Shown one piece after another: positions 25,916-39,939 of a stretch of 64,000 bases of DNA. The position numbers were made by a program, and so were the translations under genes. This stretch comes from Eledone cirrhosa (Eukaryota). The stretch's first letter is position 1. Each line of letters opens with the position of its first letter. The notes below the pieces were generated by a model. That model was given only the letters and a program-made list of their open reading frames with translations, ran no database searches and had not been told where the DNA came from. The stretch covers positions 204,290,001-204,354,000 of the forward strand of contig OZ024741.1 in the NCBI GenBank assembly GCA_964016885.1, read 5' to 3'.

Positions 25916-26091
25916 ATGGTGGCTGCCAACTCGTTTTCGCGTACGGCCACTACTTTATATCCATGTAGGAGAACCCCTACCGATGCGCTGAGCGAGTGTG
26001 ACTTTTTAGTCCAGCTAGCGACTTGAAAACTCTGGTACAAACACTACACTTGTGACAATTATTGACACATAGTGCTGGGCCCATGGTACCA
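25916..26091 (-). mobile_element. 3' fragment of the same RTE family
   Basis: Matches 22723-22900. Confidence 0.85.
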
Positions 26092-26260
26092 CACATATAC
26101 ACACATATACACAGAAATATCCACGGTATGTTGTGGGGTCCACATACACACACACAGACATACATGTATACATACACATATACACATATATACACATATA
26201 CACACACATATATATATACATATATACACACACACATACATATACATACATATACACACA

Positions 26261-26291
<31 letters not shown>

Positions 26292-26298
26292 ATACACA

Positions 26299-26475
26299 AG
26301 AATTAGCTTTTAATGAATTCCCTTTTCTTTCAACCAATGACCTCCACCCATCCCACTCCCCACCCTCTCCTACCACCTGAAAAGATATAAATACCACAAC
26401 ATTTATTTTTGGAAAGCCAGATTCCTGATGATTTCTAAAGAATGAAACAGTTCTAGTCCTGTAGAGTCTCATCTA
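26299..26475 (+). mobile_element. pLTR-like repeat with a degenerate hammerhead
   Basis: CTGATGA at 26425-26431 and GAAA at 26444. Inverted twin at 22137-22312. Confidence 0.65.
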
Positions 26476-26554
26476 TATTAAAACGTTTATACTCTGCCAT
26501 GTATTGAGTACCTTACTTACTGTGGTTACTTCCGATTCAACCCGGAATAACTTT

Positions 26555-26631
<77 letters not shown>

Positions 26632-27059
26632 CTATGGCCATTACTTTTTCGCTTTCTCGTCTATTTCTCAAAGTTTTAGCCCCTCATCTATTTATTACGG
26701 TGGCTATCCATCTATCTCTTTCAGTTTTCTAACTTCCTACTTGTTAATTACAATTCGAACACATGTATGTGTATATTTGTGTTTATCTCTCTTGTATATT
26801 CAATTATGTTACACGGCTCAGAAAAACTTCTTTCTTGGAGCTATTTAATTGTAAGAGACTATTTTGAGTTTCTAACTCAATATCTGATATTGTCGGCTCC
26901 GTCTCGTTGAGCTAATTTAAATGTCGTGTAAACCAGGCTGCTAATTTTAGCAGCATGTGTTTATGAGACACGCTAGGCTCTGAAGACATGTGCGTTATTT
27001 CATATCACACATTATTCAGTCTTCTGATATACTTAGAAATGGAAGGATTGCTAATTTTT

Positions 27060-27139
27060 AACACCTACTGATGAGCAGAAAGTTGGTGATTCCTTCGCTT
27101 AATAATTTGTGAAACAGCTCCTATAACTGTCTAGGTGTT
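27060..27139 (+). ncRNA. Canonical type I hammerhead ribozyme
   Basis: AACACCTA-CTGATGA-GCAGA..TTTGT-GAAA-CAG..CTG-TC-TAGGTGTT: 8-bp stem I, intact core, GUC triplet with predicted cleavage after 27131. Confidence 0.85.
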
Positions 27140-27559
27140 TCAGGTGCCCAATATAGGTTTGTTCTTCTTTTTCTTGATTTATTACTTTTAATTAAGTCTG
27201 ACACACCATATTGTTATAGTTAGTATTTTTTTCACCCTAGTGAACTTGGTCCTTTACAATTCGAACACGTGTATGTTTATATGTGTGTGTATCTCTCTTG
27301 TATATTCAATTATATTACTTGTTAATTACGATGTTTTTATAATGTGACATCTACTTTGTATTTTTTTTTTTACTTTTTGCTCTACGCACCCTCCGCATCA
27401 CTCCCACCCCCTATCCACCACCTTCCAGCTAATGTTTGGCAGACATCGCCTTGCACCCCTCCCCTCTCTACCATCTCCCGGCCGTTGCTTACACTCACAC
27501 ACACAATTACTCTCCTACATCACCAATGTCAATTCGCTGCTCTGAAAACCGTTAATGAT

Positions 27560-30500
27560 TACATCGGGCAGACGTGCACTCTGAAATCCGTCTAGGAGGG
27601 CAGTGACTCCGATCTAAAACAAAAACGATTGAAGGAGGTTGGTGTAGACTCCGTAAGCAGTAGTGAAGGCCATCCGTCTGGGAGAATAGACACTCCAAAT
27701 AAAAACTGATACAGGATGGAGAGGACTCTTGAGTTCAGTAAGACAATCTCTCTAGTGTTGGTGGCACGAATGTTTCCAGTCTACGTTGTAAAGTGTTTGG
27801 TGATAGGAAGGGCATCCAGCCAGAAAAACCCAGCCAAAAATACGAAAAACACGACAAATATGATTCTTACTAATTGCGTATACAAGGATAACACTAATCA
27901 TGTTAGTGCTGGGAACAGAAGTGGGGTGTCTAGAGAAGCCGTGTGAGAGAACCCATCGACCATCATCAAGCAATTACACATCCACTTTCCATTTCAGGTA
28001 CATAGAATTTATACCAAAAAAAAACTAACAACTGTCAAGTTACAAATCTCAGAACTGCCACCCTCGATGTCGGCACATTGAAAGGTAAATCAGGTGAAAT
28101 TGCGGAACTGTTAGAGAGAAGAGAAGTTGATGTATGCTGTGTACAAGAGGTGAGATGGAGGGGTGCCTCAGTGAGACTAATCACGGGTAAACAACAGATA
28201 TAAACTTTACTGGGTAAGAAATGACAATGGTAGTAGGAGGTGTAGGCATTCTGCTAGCAGAGAAATGGATAGACAAAATGATAGAGGTAGTTAGAGTAAG
28301 TAACATAATTATCAAGCTTAGAATAGCTGTAGGAAATAAAATGGTGACAATTAAAACTACCTATGCACCACAGGAAGGACTGAGTAAAAAACAAAAGAAC
28401 CAATTCTATTACAGGAACTATTACAGACAACCTTAGTTATTAGTGAAAGAGACCTCATCATCCTGGCAGGCAACTTCAATCGACATGTAGGGCAGTATCA
28501 CGGCAGATTCTGTGGAGTTCAAGGCAGCTATGGTTATGGCTCAAGAAATGAAGAGGAATTGAGGCTCCTGCAATTCTGTGATGCAAATAAACTGATCATT
28601 TGCAACATAAATTTCAGGAAACCCACTAACTATCTGGTCTCATATCAATCAGGCGAACATACAAGCCAAATTGATTACTCACTTGTAAAACAACGAGACT
28701 GTAATAAATACCAAGGCCTTCTCTGAGGAAGAATGCACCACCCAATATAAGTTAGTTATTAGGGACATGAAAAAAAAAACAGAAGACAGAAGACAATCAG
28801 GAAAATATGGAGACGAAAGTTTGGAAGTTAAAGGACCTTTCAGTTAATATAGGTTTAGAAAGCACCTGCGGAATGCACTTGATGAGGGGAGTGATACATA
28901 TAACGTAGAGGACAATTGGGAATTCTTGTGTGACAAACTTTTGTGAAATACTGACGAGACTTGCAGCTGGAGTGAAGCACCGGTCAGACAGGAGGGGACC
29001 TAATGGGGGAACAGCACAGTGAATGCAGCCATTAAAACAAAGAGACGGGTATGGAAAGACTTGGAAAGTGGGGGTAGCAGAGATTAGTAACAGGTAGCTA
29101 AGAAAGAAGCTAGACAACAAGTATACCCAACTCGGAGAGAGGCTGATGAAAGAAAGTTTGCGAATGTCTTCAGGTGAAGACCAGTGGCGCGAAATGTTCC
29201 GCACCGCAAGGCAGTGTCACTGTTGTGTAGCTCCCACTATTTCAATTTTGTGAAGGTATATGGCCTATTGGTTAGGGTGTTGGATTCAGGATCATAAAGT
29301 TTGTTGTTGAGGAAAAGTATGTTAGACATGACACTGGTGCATTTAGCACCACTGATGCTCAAAACAATAAAGCCTGGAAATGTTACTATGGGAGACTGAT
29401 GAATGTAGAGAATGAATGGGAGGAAGAGATACTACCCCCAACTTATCCAAAGGAAGGACCAGCTATTGAAGTTGACGGAAATAGTTCTAGCACAGCTAAT
29501 TAGAGAAAGAGTCAAACAAGACAAGAAGCACTTTGGTTTCATGTCTGGGGGAAGTACTACAAATGCCCTCTTCTTAGTGAGATAACTATAAAAGAAGTTC
29601 TTAGCCAAGAATAAGCCACTACATCTAGCTTTTGTTGACCTAGAAAAGGCCTTTGACAGAGTACCTCGTTCTGTTATCTGGTAGTCCTTAAGGAAATTAG
29701 GTGTAGAAGAATAGCTTCTGAGAACAGTACAAGCCATGTACAGGGGAGCTCTCTGCAAAGTGAGAGCATAAAGTGAGTTTAGTGAGGAATTCAAGGTACA
29801 GGTAAGAGTTCATCAAGGTTCGGTTCTTAGCCCACTGCTGTTCATCATAGTTCTCCAGGCCATAAGAGAGGAGTTTAAAACGGGTTGTCCATGGGAACTT
29901 CTCCATGCAGATGATTTGGTCCTTATAGTTGAAACCATAAAAGAACTAGAAAATAAGTTTCGATTAAGGAAACAGAATTTAGAATGAAAGGGGTTAGGAG
30001 TAAACTTGCTAGTGAGTAGAAAGAAGATAGGACCCTGATTCCTTCAGGGAAGTGGCCCTGCTCAATATACAGAAAAGGAGTAGGCAGAAATTTTATACTA
30101 TGTACACAATGTAAATCCTGTGTAAACGGGATGTAGTGGGATAACAGGTAGATTAACAGGAAGGGAAGACTTTGTATGAGTCACAGGGGTAAACGTGAAG
30201 AAGAGCGTCTATGATATGAACCTTTTTCTGTCACAGGACGGGTCCATAGAATTTGTTGGTGGCTTCTGCTATCTAGGTGACTCAATTAGCAGCGGAGGGG
30301 GTGCGTTGAGAGCATAATAGCTAGAATAAGGTTAGAATGGAAAAGTTTAGAGAGCTACTCTCACTGTTGACAACAAAAGGTTTCTCCCTACATATAAAAG
30401 GACGATTGTATGGCGCCTGGGTGCGAAGTGCGAAGCTGCATGCTAGTGAAACATGGGCAGGTACTGCAGAGGACATGCATAGACTGGGGAGAAATAAAAC

Positions 30501-30750
30501 AGCCATGCTTCGTTGGGTGTGCAGTGTAATTGTGACAGAAAGGCAGAGCTTGGAGAAGCTGAGGGAGAAGCTGAGTTTAAGAGGAATCCGAAGTTGTGTG
30601 ATGGAAAAAAGGTTGTGTTGGTTTGGACCAATCGCTGAGTGAAGAAATACCAGGGAATTACAATGGAAAGAAGCCGCAGTAAAGGTAGGCCAAGAATAAC
30701 CTGGGCAGAGGTTGTGAGAACTGACCTTCGCCTTTTTTAAACTCACCAAC
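27560..30750 (+). mobile_element. Near full-length degenerate RTE LINE (5' UTR, APE endonuclease, reverse transcriptase)
   Basis: DVCCVQEVRWRG (~28128), TYAPQEG, FVDLEKAFDRVPR (~29631), HQGSVLSPLLF and WELLHADDLVL (~29892). Many stops and frameshifts. Confidence 0.9.
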
Positions 30751-30759
30751 TCCCACTCC

Positions 30760-31410
30760 TACTTCAATTTCACATTCTCACACCCCCCACACACCAAACA
30801 CTCCTTCCCCATCTCCCAATTCCGTCGCCTCCGCTGCTTGCAAGGACTAACCCATGAGAATGAAGCCTAAGCCCAATATATGGCTAGAGTGTTCACTCGG
30901 CGAGGGTGCCCCTAACCTTGATCCAAGCCGCCCTGGCCCGAAGCCATGAGGTCGACCACACCACCACCCTCACACCATGAAACTCCGCACCAACCGACTA
31001 CCCATCCCCCTTACCTACCACCCCTCTACCTTGCCTCTCCAGAGGATGAACCTCCGTCTTTTCTGCAGCCTCCGGTCGGGCCTCTCCACCTGCCTCAATT
31101 TCCACCGCAGACCCCTCCCTCCCCTGCTTCAAGCGCACGCGGTGCACACTATGTGAGGCTGTCTATATTGGCCAAACCGGTCATCGTTTGGCGTATAGAT
31201 TTTCCGATCAGCTCCGTGACCTCCGACTGGGCAATCCTTCTCCTATCACCCGACATTTCTGCTCCGCTTGATACTCCACGAATCACCTCACAATTTTCGG
31301 CCTTGTCACCTGTACCAGACAATCGGACTCACGCCTCAGGAGGTAACAGCACCTCATTTTTTCTCTCCAGTCCTTTACCACCCTACCCTCCCGGTCTAGA
31401 CACACCACCT
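30760..31410 (+). mobile_element. Degenerate PLE fragment
   Basis: SHPPHTKHSFPISQFRRLRC and CEAVYIGQTGHRLA. Related to 45240-45966. Confidence 0.7.
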
Positions 31411-31588
31411 CCAGAGAGAGAGTAAATAGAATCAAACTCAGTGCTGTACTCTGTTTACACTATGCACACTACAACCACTGTAACTCTGGAATACAACTCT
31501 ATACGTGACAGGCCTCGTAACAGCATTGCGTGCTTCGAACGGCACGCTAGCCTGTAATTGTACTTACACACATAACTAACACACTCAC

Positions 31589-31659
<71 letters not shown>

Positions 31660-31711
31660 TACATACATACATACATACATACATACATACATACATACAT
31701 ACATACATACA

Positions 31712-32080
<369 letters not shown>

Positions 32081-32424
32081 AGTTGGTAGGAGTAAAGAAA
32101 GGTTTAAAATTAAAATCAAAATCGAGTAAAATTTCTTCCATCATGCTTCCTGAGATATTTTCAATTGCTACAAGGGAAACAGTCCTTTTTCTTGACCCAT
32201 GTATCACGTGTTAATTCCTCCCTCTGCCTATAAAGATTTTCTCACTTGCTGGAAACGCGTCTGGAGAACAGTACTTTTCTCTGAGGTGTTCCTTGAGAAG
32301 CTGATTGGCCTCACAACGATGATGCATTTCTATAATGTACAATTGTTGCATACGGATCAGCGAAACTGTACAGTCGAGGCTTTGAAGAAAAAATAGGTCT
32401 ATATATGTGTCTATTATTTCCTTT

Positions 32425-33098
<674 letters not shown>

Positions 33099-33139
33099 TA
33101 TATATATACATATATATATATATACATATATATATATAC

Positions 33140-33750
33140 ATGGTGGCTGCCAACTCGTATTCGAGTACGGTCACTACTTTATATCCATGTAAGAGAACCC
33201 CTACCGATGCGCTGAACGAGTGTGACTTTTTAGTCCAGCCAGCAACTTGAAAACTCTGGCACAAACACTCCACTTGTGACAATTATTGACACATAGTGCT
33301 GGGCCCATGGTACCATGTGACGACAAGTGCAGAAAGATCTCCAGATATAAAGCAATGCCTGTGCCGTGAAGCTTTTATAGTGAGCAAAGGCACTGCACAA
33401 AGCCAGTCCCACTCTCTTAACCAAGATGATATTTACCAAAAAGAAGAACAAGTCAACATTATTGGATACCATCAGGGTTGCAGGTGTTATATCAGAGTTT
33501 TCCTTCTCCTAGAATTCTGCCTTGACAAAGGCTAAGGGGTCATCTCTCCCGGTGATTTTGGATGGCCATTGACTCTTAAGAGCTCATTTGCCCTTTGACA
33601 GGTTTTGTTTTTAGTCCTGCAGGATGTTCAAAGTCACCCTCCTCACCAAGAAACCTTGGTGGGGTTTCCAGTTTAGTCGCCAACGACCCGACCATGAGAC
33701 AGGTTGTACTGGGATACATGTTACCAGTAGCACCAACTGGTGACCTGACA
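33140..33750 (-). mobile_element. Full-length non-autonomous RTE-derived element
   Basis: Near-identical to 25238-25846. Confidence 0.85.
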
Positions 33751-34425
33751 TATACATACATACATACATACATACATACATACATACATACATACATACA
33801 TACATACATACATACAATGGCGACCGTTGTGGTCAGTGTCCGATAATCGGACGTGTGTAATTACGGCTTACATGAAGGCAAGATACCATATATTGGAAAA
33901 AGTTGAGCTACATTACGCAGTAAGATTACATACAATAATTCTACATAAGTGTTTGAACTGTAAGTGTGTTGTAAAACACCTATTTATATGAACGATACAT
34001 ACACTTATGATATATGAACGATACATACACTTTAACATATAAATGCAACGTTGTTATATTACATTTATAAAGAAATATACAAAAACATAAATGTTTGAAC
34101 TGTGAATATGTTGTGAATAAGTTGTAGGACACCTATTTATATGAATGATACATAAACTTTAACATATAAATACAGCGTTGTTATATTATATTACATTCAT
34201 AAAGAAATATACTAAGTAACGGTTCTTTTTGTTCTCGATTCAAACGATTCAAGAACAACATTTAAAACACAGTTGTAGAATTAAAAACTAACTGAAAAGA
34301 AATATTACGCAAGCTGTGAATAACTTTAAATTTGATTCTGACAGAACTTTGTCGAAACTTTTAAAGAAGATCATCGACTATTTTGAAAAATAAATACGAA
34401 ATATTAGGGAATAAACGAACTCATC

Positions 34426-37320
34426 ATGGCAAAAAGTACAAGTCTCCTTCGACCAAATCACAACTACAACCGTTGTATACAGTGGAGCTACGAGCTTAAC
34501 AAAGAATTATATGAAGCATACAAACAATCTGTACCCCAAAAGTTCGGTTTTATGCAAAGGCTAAAAAATTTATGGAACTCCAAACACCCAGAATTAGACT
34601 TTTCGCCAAAGCATTTAAATGAACAGGCAAAACGTATCATTAGATGTAAATTGATACATCTAACGGAATTGAGTGATACTACAAATACAGCCCTTGTAGA
34701 CAACCACCCCACCTCCACTGACAGACAAAGAGAATGGCCAGCTAAATCTAATAGTGAACAGCTCACCAACAATTTTGCTGAAATCCATCCCACTTCCACT
34801 GAAGAACAGCGAGAATGGTCAGCTAACTCTAGTAGTAATTGTCACCATATCAACAACGAGGCTGAAATTCATGACTCTACTGTACAAACAGAACACCAAA
34901 AACTTGTGGACACCTTACAAGTGATATGGGACGATATGTTTCAAGAGATACACAGCCTTAATGTGAGTGACAGACCATACAACACCAGAATCAGTAAAGA
35001 ACCCACTAAATTTGAATTGGAAGTGGTGAACGAAATAACTGGCAATTAGCTGAAGGCTATACGATCTAAAGGTGTAGAAACGACATTTGAAACGCTTAAT
35101 ATTTTGTTATATGTTTCAGCTGTCACATTGCTATCATATAACACACATCTAAAACCACGCAATCAAGATACAAACAAAAAGCCTGAACCAGCGTGGATGC
35201 GAAATTTAAAAAGCAAAATTTTGTCCCTGAGACGAAGTATCTCACACATCGCAGTCGTTATGAAATGCAACATAGAGAGCAACTTCACACGACACCAGGA
35301 AGACCTAAAAAAAAAAGTTAGAGAGACGATTTAGAGATACAAAATTTAAAACTTTGAACTCCAAATTACACCAGTTGAAACAACAACTCACAGCTACAAC
35401 AGAAAGATTAAAATATAAGTCAACAGCACATAAACGACAAGTACTAAATAGATTGTTTGCCAGAGATCCTAAATCAGTTTATCGCAGCTTCGGTGGCAAA
35501 AGCTCAATCCCTGTAAATGACACCCCTTCAAAAGAACAGGTTGAGAGCTACTGGAGATCTGTATGGTAAACGGATGACGGATTCAACAGACAAACTGATT
35601 GGCTAAAAGAACTGGAACAGGACTACTGCCAACATGTCCAGACAAAACAAGATGACATAGATGGGTCAATACTGGAAACAGCTCTACAGAAAATATCGAA
35701 TAGGAAATCACCAGGCCCAGACCTCATTACAGGATACTGGTTGAAGAATTTCACTTTCTATCGGCAAGATCTCATACGGCTGTTTACAGAAACCATTAAA
35801 GGCACACAAGAATTGCCCAGATGGTTATCAACTGCCACTACTCTCCTCATTCCCCAAAATAGCCAAACCACCCTTGCTAAAAATTACCGCCCAATAGCCT
35901 GCCAAAACATCATGTATAAATTATATACTGGGTGCCTTAACCAGTTCTTACAGGATCACTGTGCTACCAACTACATCATAACACCTGAGCAAGCTGGTGG
36001 AAAGAGGGAGGTGTGGGGTTGCATAGATCACCTACTAACTAATAAAATGATTCAGGAAAAAACAACAAAGAACCGCAGAAACATGACTGTGGTGTGGCTT
36101 AACTATCAAAAAGCATTTGATAGTGTACCTCATGGGTGGATTATTAAGGCTTTACAGTTAGCCAAAGTCCCACAACCATTGGTAGCTGCTGTTGAACGCC
36201 TGACCAAGAACTGGTACACCAATTTGATCCTTAGAGGTGAGAAGGAGCAAGTTAAGACTGATATGATACATTACCAGAAGGGCATCTTTCAGGGTGATAG
36301 CTTGTCAGTGCTACTCTTCGTTCTCTCACTAAATTCACTATCTTACCTACTCAGGAAACAAGGTGGACAAAGAAGTGGGTCCAGAAGTATCTCCCATCTT
36401 TTCTTTGTTGATGACCTGAAGTTGTATGGGCCAAATATCAATGACATCAAGAAACAATTGGACCTCATTACACAATTTTCAACAGATATCAAAATGAAAT
36501 TTGGTGAGTCCAAGTGTGTATAATTGGCAGTAAAACGTGGAAGAGCTGTGCCCTCCTCTAGAAATCTAGAGATGAACGGCCTGACAATACAACCTCTACA
36601 GTCAGGTGACAACTACAGATATCTTGGACAGGATGAGAATGTCAGATATGATGGACCCATAAATAATGAGAGAACCAGAACTGAATACCTCAGAAGAGTA
36701 AAGAAAATATGGTCATCAGAACTGTAAGCGTACAACAAATACATTGCCCACAATACTTATGCTGTGCCAATTCTAACGCCAACATTTGGCCTGCTGAACT
36801 GGTCATTGCAAGAACTAAGTGAGATGGATGTTAGAACTCGCAAACTTCTCAGTGTTACTGGGAACTTTAACATCAATGGTGATGTGGATAGGCTATACTT
36901 CTCACGCAAGGAAGGTGGCCGGGGTCTAAAATCCATATTAACAACATATGAGACCCGGATAGTAACACTGAAGCAACACCTTCAACAGAGGAAAAAGGTT
37001 GGCAACCATCTTGCCCAGGTTTATGAGCATGAAAGAAAAAATATCATTAGAATAGCGACTGATCTGGAGGAGAGATATGGAATAAAGCCTCATATAAATC
37101 TCTCACCCAGAGAAATCGGAAGATCCTATTCAATGTTCAAACAAGATGAAAAAATTGACCAATTTACAGAAAAAGTTGTGCATGGATACTTGAGACGTAA
37201 AACACAGACTATAGAGGGGATAAACCACTCAAAAAGCCTGGCATGGAGTTCCGACAAGTTTATGACATCACACCTTGAGGGATATCTCTATGAAATACAG
37301 GAACAAGAACTCCCTACCAA
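34426..37320 (+). mobile_element. R4/Dong-like non-LTR retrotransposon, interrupted ORF, 3' end missing
   Basis: NYRPIAC, YQKAFDSVPH, GIFQGDSLS, HLFFVDDLKLY, FGESKC, YRYLG, RLYFSRKEGGRGL and EIQEQ. Confidence 0.85.
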
Positions 37321-37329
37321 ACCCTTAAA

Positions 37330-38375
37330 TGCATGTTGCAACGCTGCTCCTTCAGTTGGAAGTCAGCACCCGCTCGAGCAACATAGTATCCATCAAAATT
37401 AAGGCCAGGACAAACTTCAATTCATAGTGGTAGAGCAGCCAAATCATTGACGCTCTGAAGCAAGTTTATGGAGACAAAGCCCCAAAGAAATCAACGACCT
37501 TTTAGGAGTGGAAGAGATGAGGTTGAAGATGATCTTCGCAATGGCAGGCCTTCCACGTTAGTCTGTGGAAAACATTAATGCTGTTCGCAACCTAATTGAA
37601 AAGGATAGGCGAATAATCATTGAATCAGTAGTCGATACATTCAATATATCCGTGGGTTCTGTACACGCAATTCTGGTGGTGAGTTTGGGGCTGAACAAGC
37701 TTTCCGCTGGATGGGTCCCAAAGCTCTTGCGCCCAGATCAGCAGCAAACAAAGGCAGATCTTTCGATGGAAATTTTGAACAAGTGGGATGAAGACGCTGA
37801 AGCTTTTCTGCAGACAATTGTTATCTGGGATGAAACGTGGCTCTACCAGTACGATCCCGAGCACAAAACTCAAACGAAGCAGCGGCTGCTCAGGGGTGGA
37901 CGCGGGCCAGTCAAGGCAACATCGGAGCATTCGTGAGTGAATGATGGGATGCAGATGGGATTTTGTTGGCTGACTTCCTCGAGAACAAGAGAACAATCAC
38001 AGCTGCATATTAAGAAGGCGTTTTGAAAAAACTGTCCAAGAAAATCACGGAAAAAATACTTACGGAAGCTGCATCGGCGATACGCCCGCTCACGGCGCTG
38101 GGCAGACACGTGCTGTATTACGTGAGTTTCTATGGGAAATCATCTGATACACACCTTACAGTCCTGATTTAGCCCCATACGACTTCATTTTCTTTCCAAA
38201 CCTGAAAAAATCCTTGAAAGGTACCTATTTTCCATTAATTGAAGATATTTTTAAAAAAGCTGCTTTGATATGGTTTAAATTGCATGTCCCTTAGTTTTAC
38301 ACAGATGAACTTAAAGGTTGGTATCAACGCTTGCAGAAGTGTATTGACCTAGTTGGAGCATATGTTGAAAAATAA
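37330..38375 (+). mobile_element. Mariner (DD34D) pseudo-transposase, irritans/Hsmar2-like
   Basis: WVPKLLRPDQ, DETWLYQYDPE, YSPDLAPYDF and the C-terminal GAYVEK*. Confidence 0.9.
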
Positions 38376-38557
38376 ACAGAATGTGTGACGAAAGAACTTT
38401 GACAATATATGAACAACCGTCCGGCTGTGGAACCAACCAACCAACCAGAAATTTATAAATTCTTAAATTTATAAATTTAATTTATAATAAATTGGAGTGA
38501 AAGCAACTGGTGCATGTGTTTCTTATTGGCAACATGACCCTCCCAAAGCATAACAAT
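38376..38557 (+). mobile_element. Fragment of the GGGAGGGTCATG pLTR-like family
   Basis: Matches 21863-22043. Confidence 0.8.
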
Positions 38558-38674
38558 ATATATATATAAGGACAGACACTGGTCTGTTGGAGACGCAGGA
38601 CATGGCAGTGATAATGAGGGACAGAGACCGCTGGAGAGAACTCGTCCATGGATCTCGGGAATTTTACCCGCCCT

Positions 38675-38818
<144 letters not shown>

Positions 38819-38839
38819 GCGCGTGAGAGAGTGAGAGAA

Positions 38840-39245
38840 GAGGGAATTGGAAATAGCACGGAAAATATATTTAAGGATCTGTTTTTCTTTTTTTCTTCTT
38901 TGATTTGTCAAAGTAACATAATTGAAAAAATAAGAGGGACAATTCTTTTTTAAAAAGAGTTTTATAATGTATATAAAATATATAAAATATAACCGGTTTC
39001 GATGTATCAGTGAAATCCATCTTATCAAATGTTGAGTATTATAATTAAAAATTAAAGGTTTTAAATTAAGTGTTGAGGCAGGTGAGTGTATTCATGTTTT
39101 CTAGCCCCTAGCATTCGAATGTTGTTTTGAGAATTGCCTCCCTTGTTCTTGAAAAAGAGTTCCCCACGAGATAAGACCATATTTCGTGAGAACATTTTTG
39201 TTTTGTATTTTTGTAATTTTGTCCTAGCACCTGGTGAGAAGTCAG
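38840..39245 (-). mobile_element. PLE 3' end/pLTR family copy
   Basis: Minus strand CTGATACATCGAAACCGGTT. Homologous to 52515-52690 and 53085-53150. Confidence 0.65.
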
Positions 39246-39939
39246 TATGTATATATATATATATATATATATACTATAAGGATAAGGAACAAGGATTCAG
39301 TGTTGCATCATAATATATATATAACATATATATAGCACATATGTTTATTTTAGGTATATTTATATGTCAATCAATTTCTAGTTGATATAAAATGCTCGGA
39401 TCTATTCATTGGAATCTTGGAGCATATTTTACGGGTGATATGGTGCATGTCTATCTGACATGACACCCTTAATTTAACTTAATTTTGGATATATTTAAAT
39501 ACGGCCCCTTAATTGTAGAGCTAACTCAGTTGAAAGGACTTGACTGCTATTTCTAGTTGTCGATAACCCTATTCACGCCACTGGGACGAAGCTGGTACGA
39601 TGTGTGTATTTTTAGTAAATACAGCACGTGTTACTAGCCAGTCGCTGATTTGAATTTGATGCGTAAACACAGATAGTTAGTCCTCTTCCTTGTTGAAAAT
39701 CCAGGATCTGGCTACTGTCGTTTACCAATCGATTAATTGGTGAAATATATTTCTTTAATGGAATATATACAAGGAAGATTAATAAATTTATAAGGTATCT
39801 ATTTTTGAAGTTCTAGTTAAACTTTATTTAGTTACCTACATAGCTGTGTGTGCTTACACACTTTTACAAATTATCCCCTGTGATTGTTTCATATGTTTAT
39901 TTTAGATATATTTATATGTCAATCAATTTCTAGTTGATA

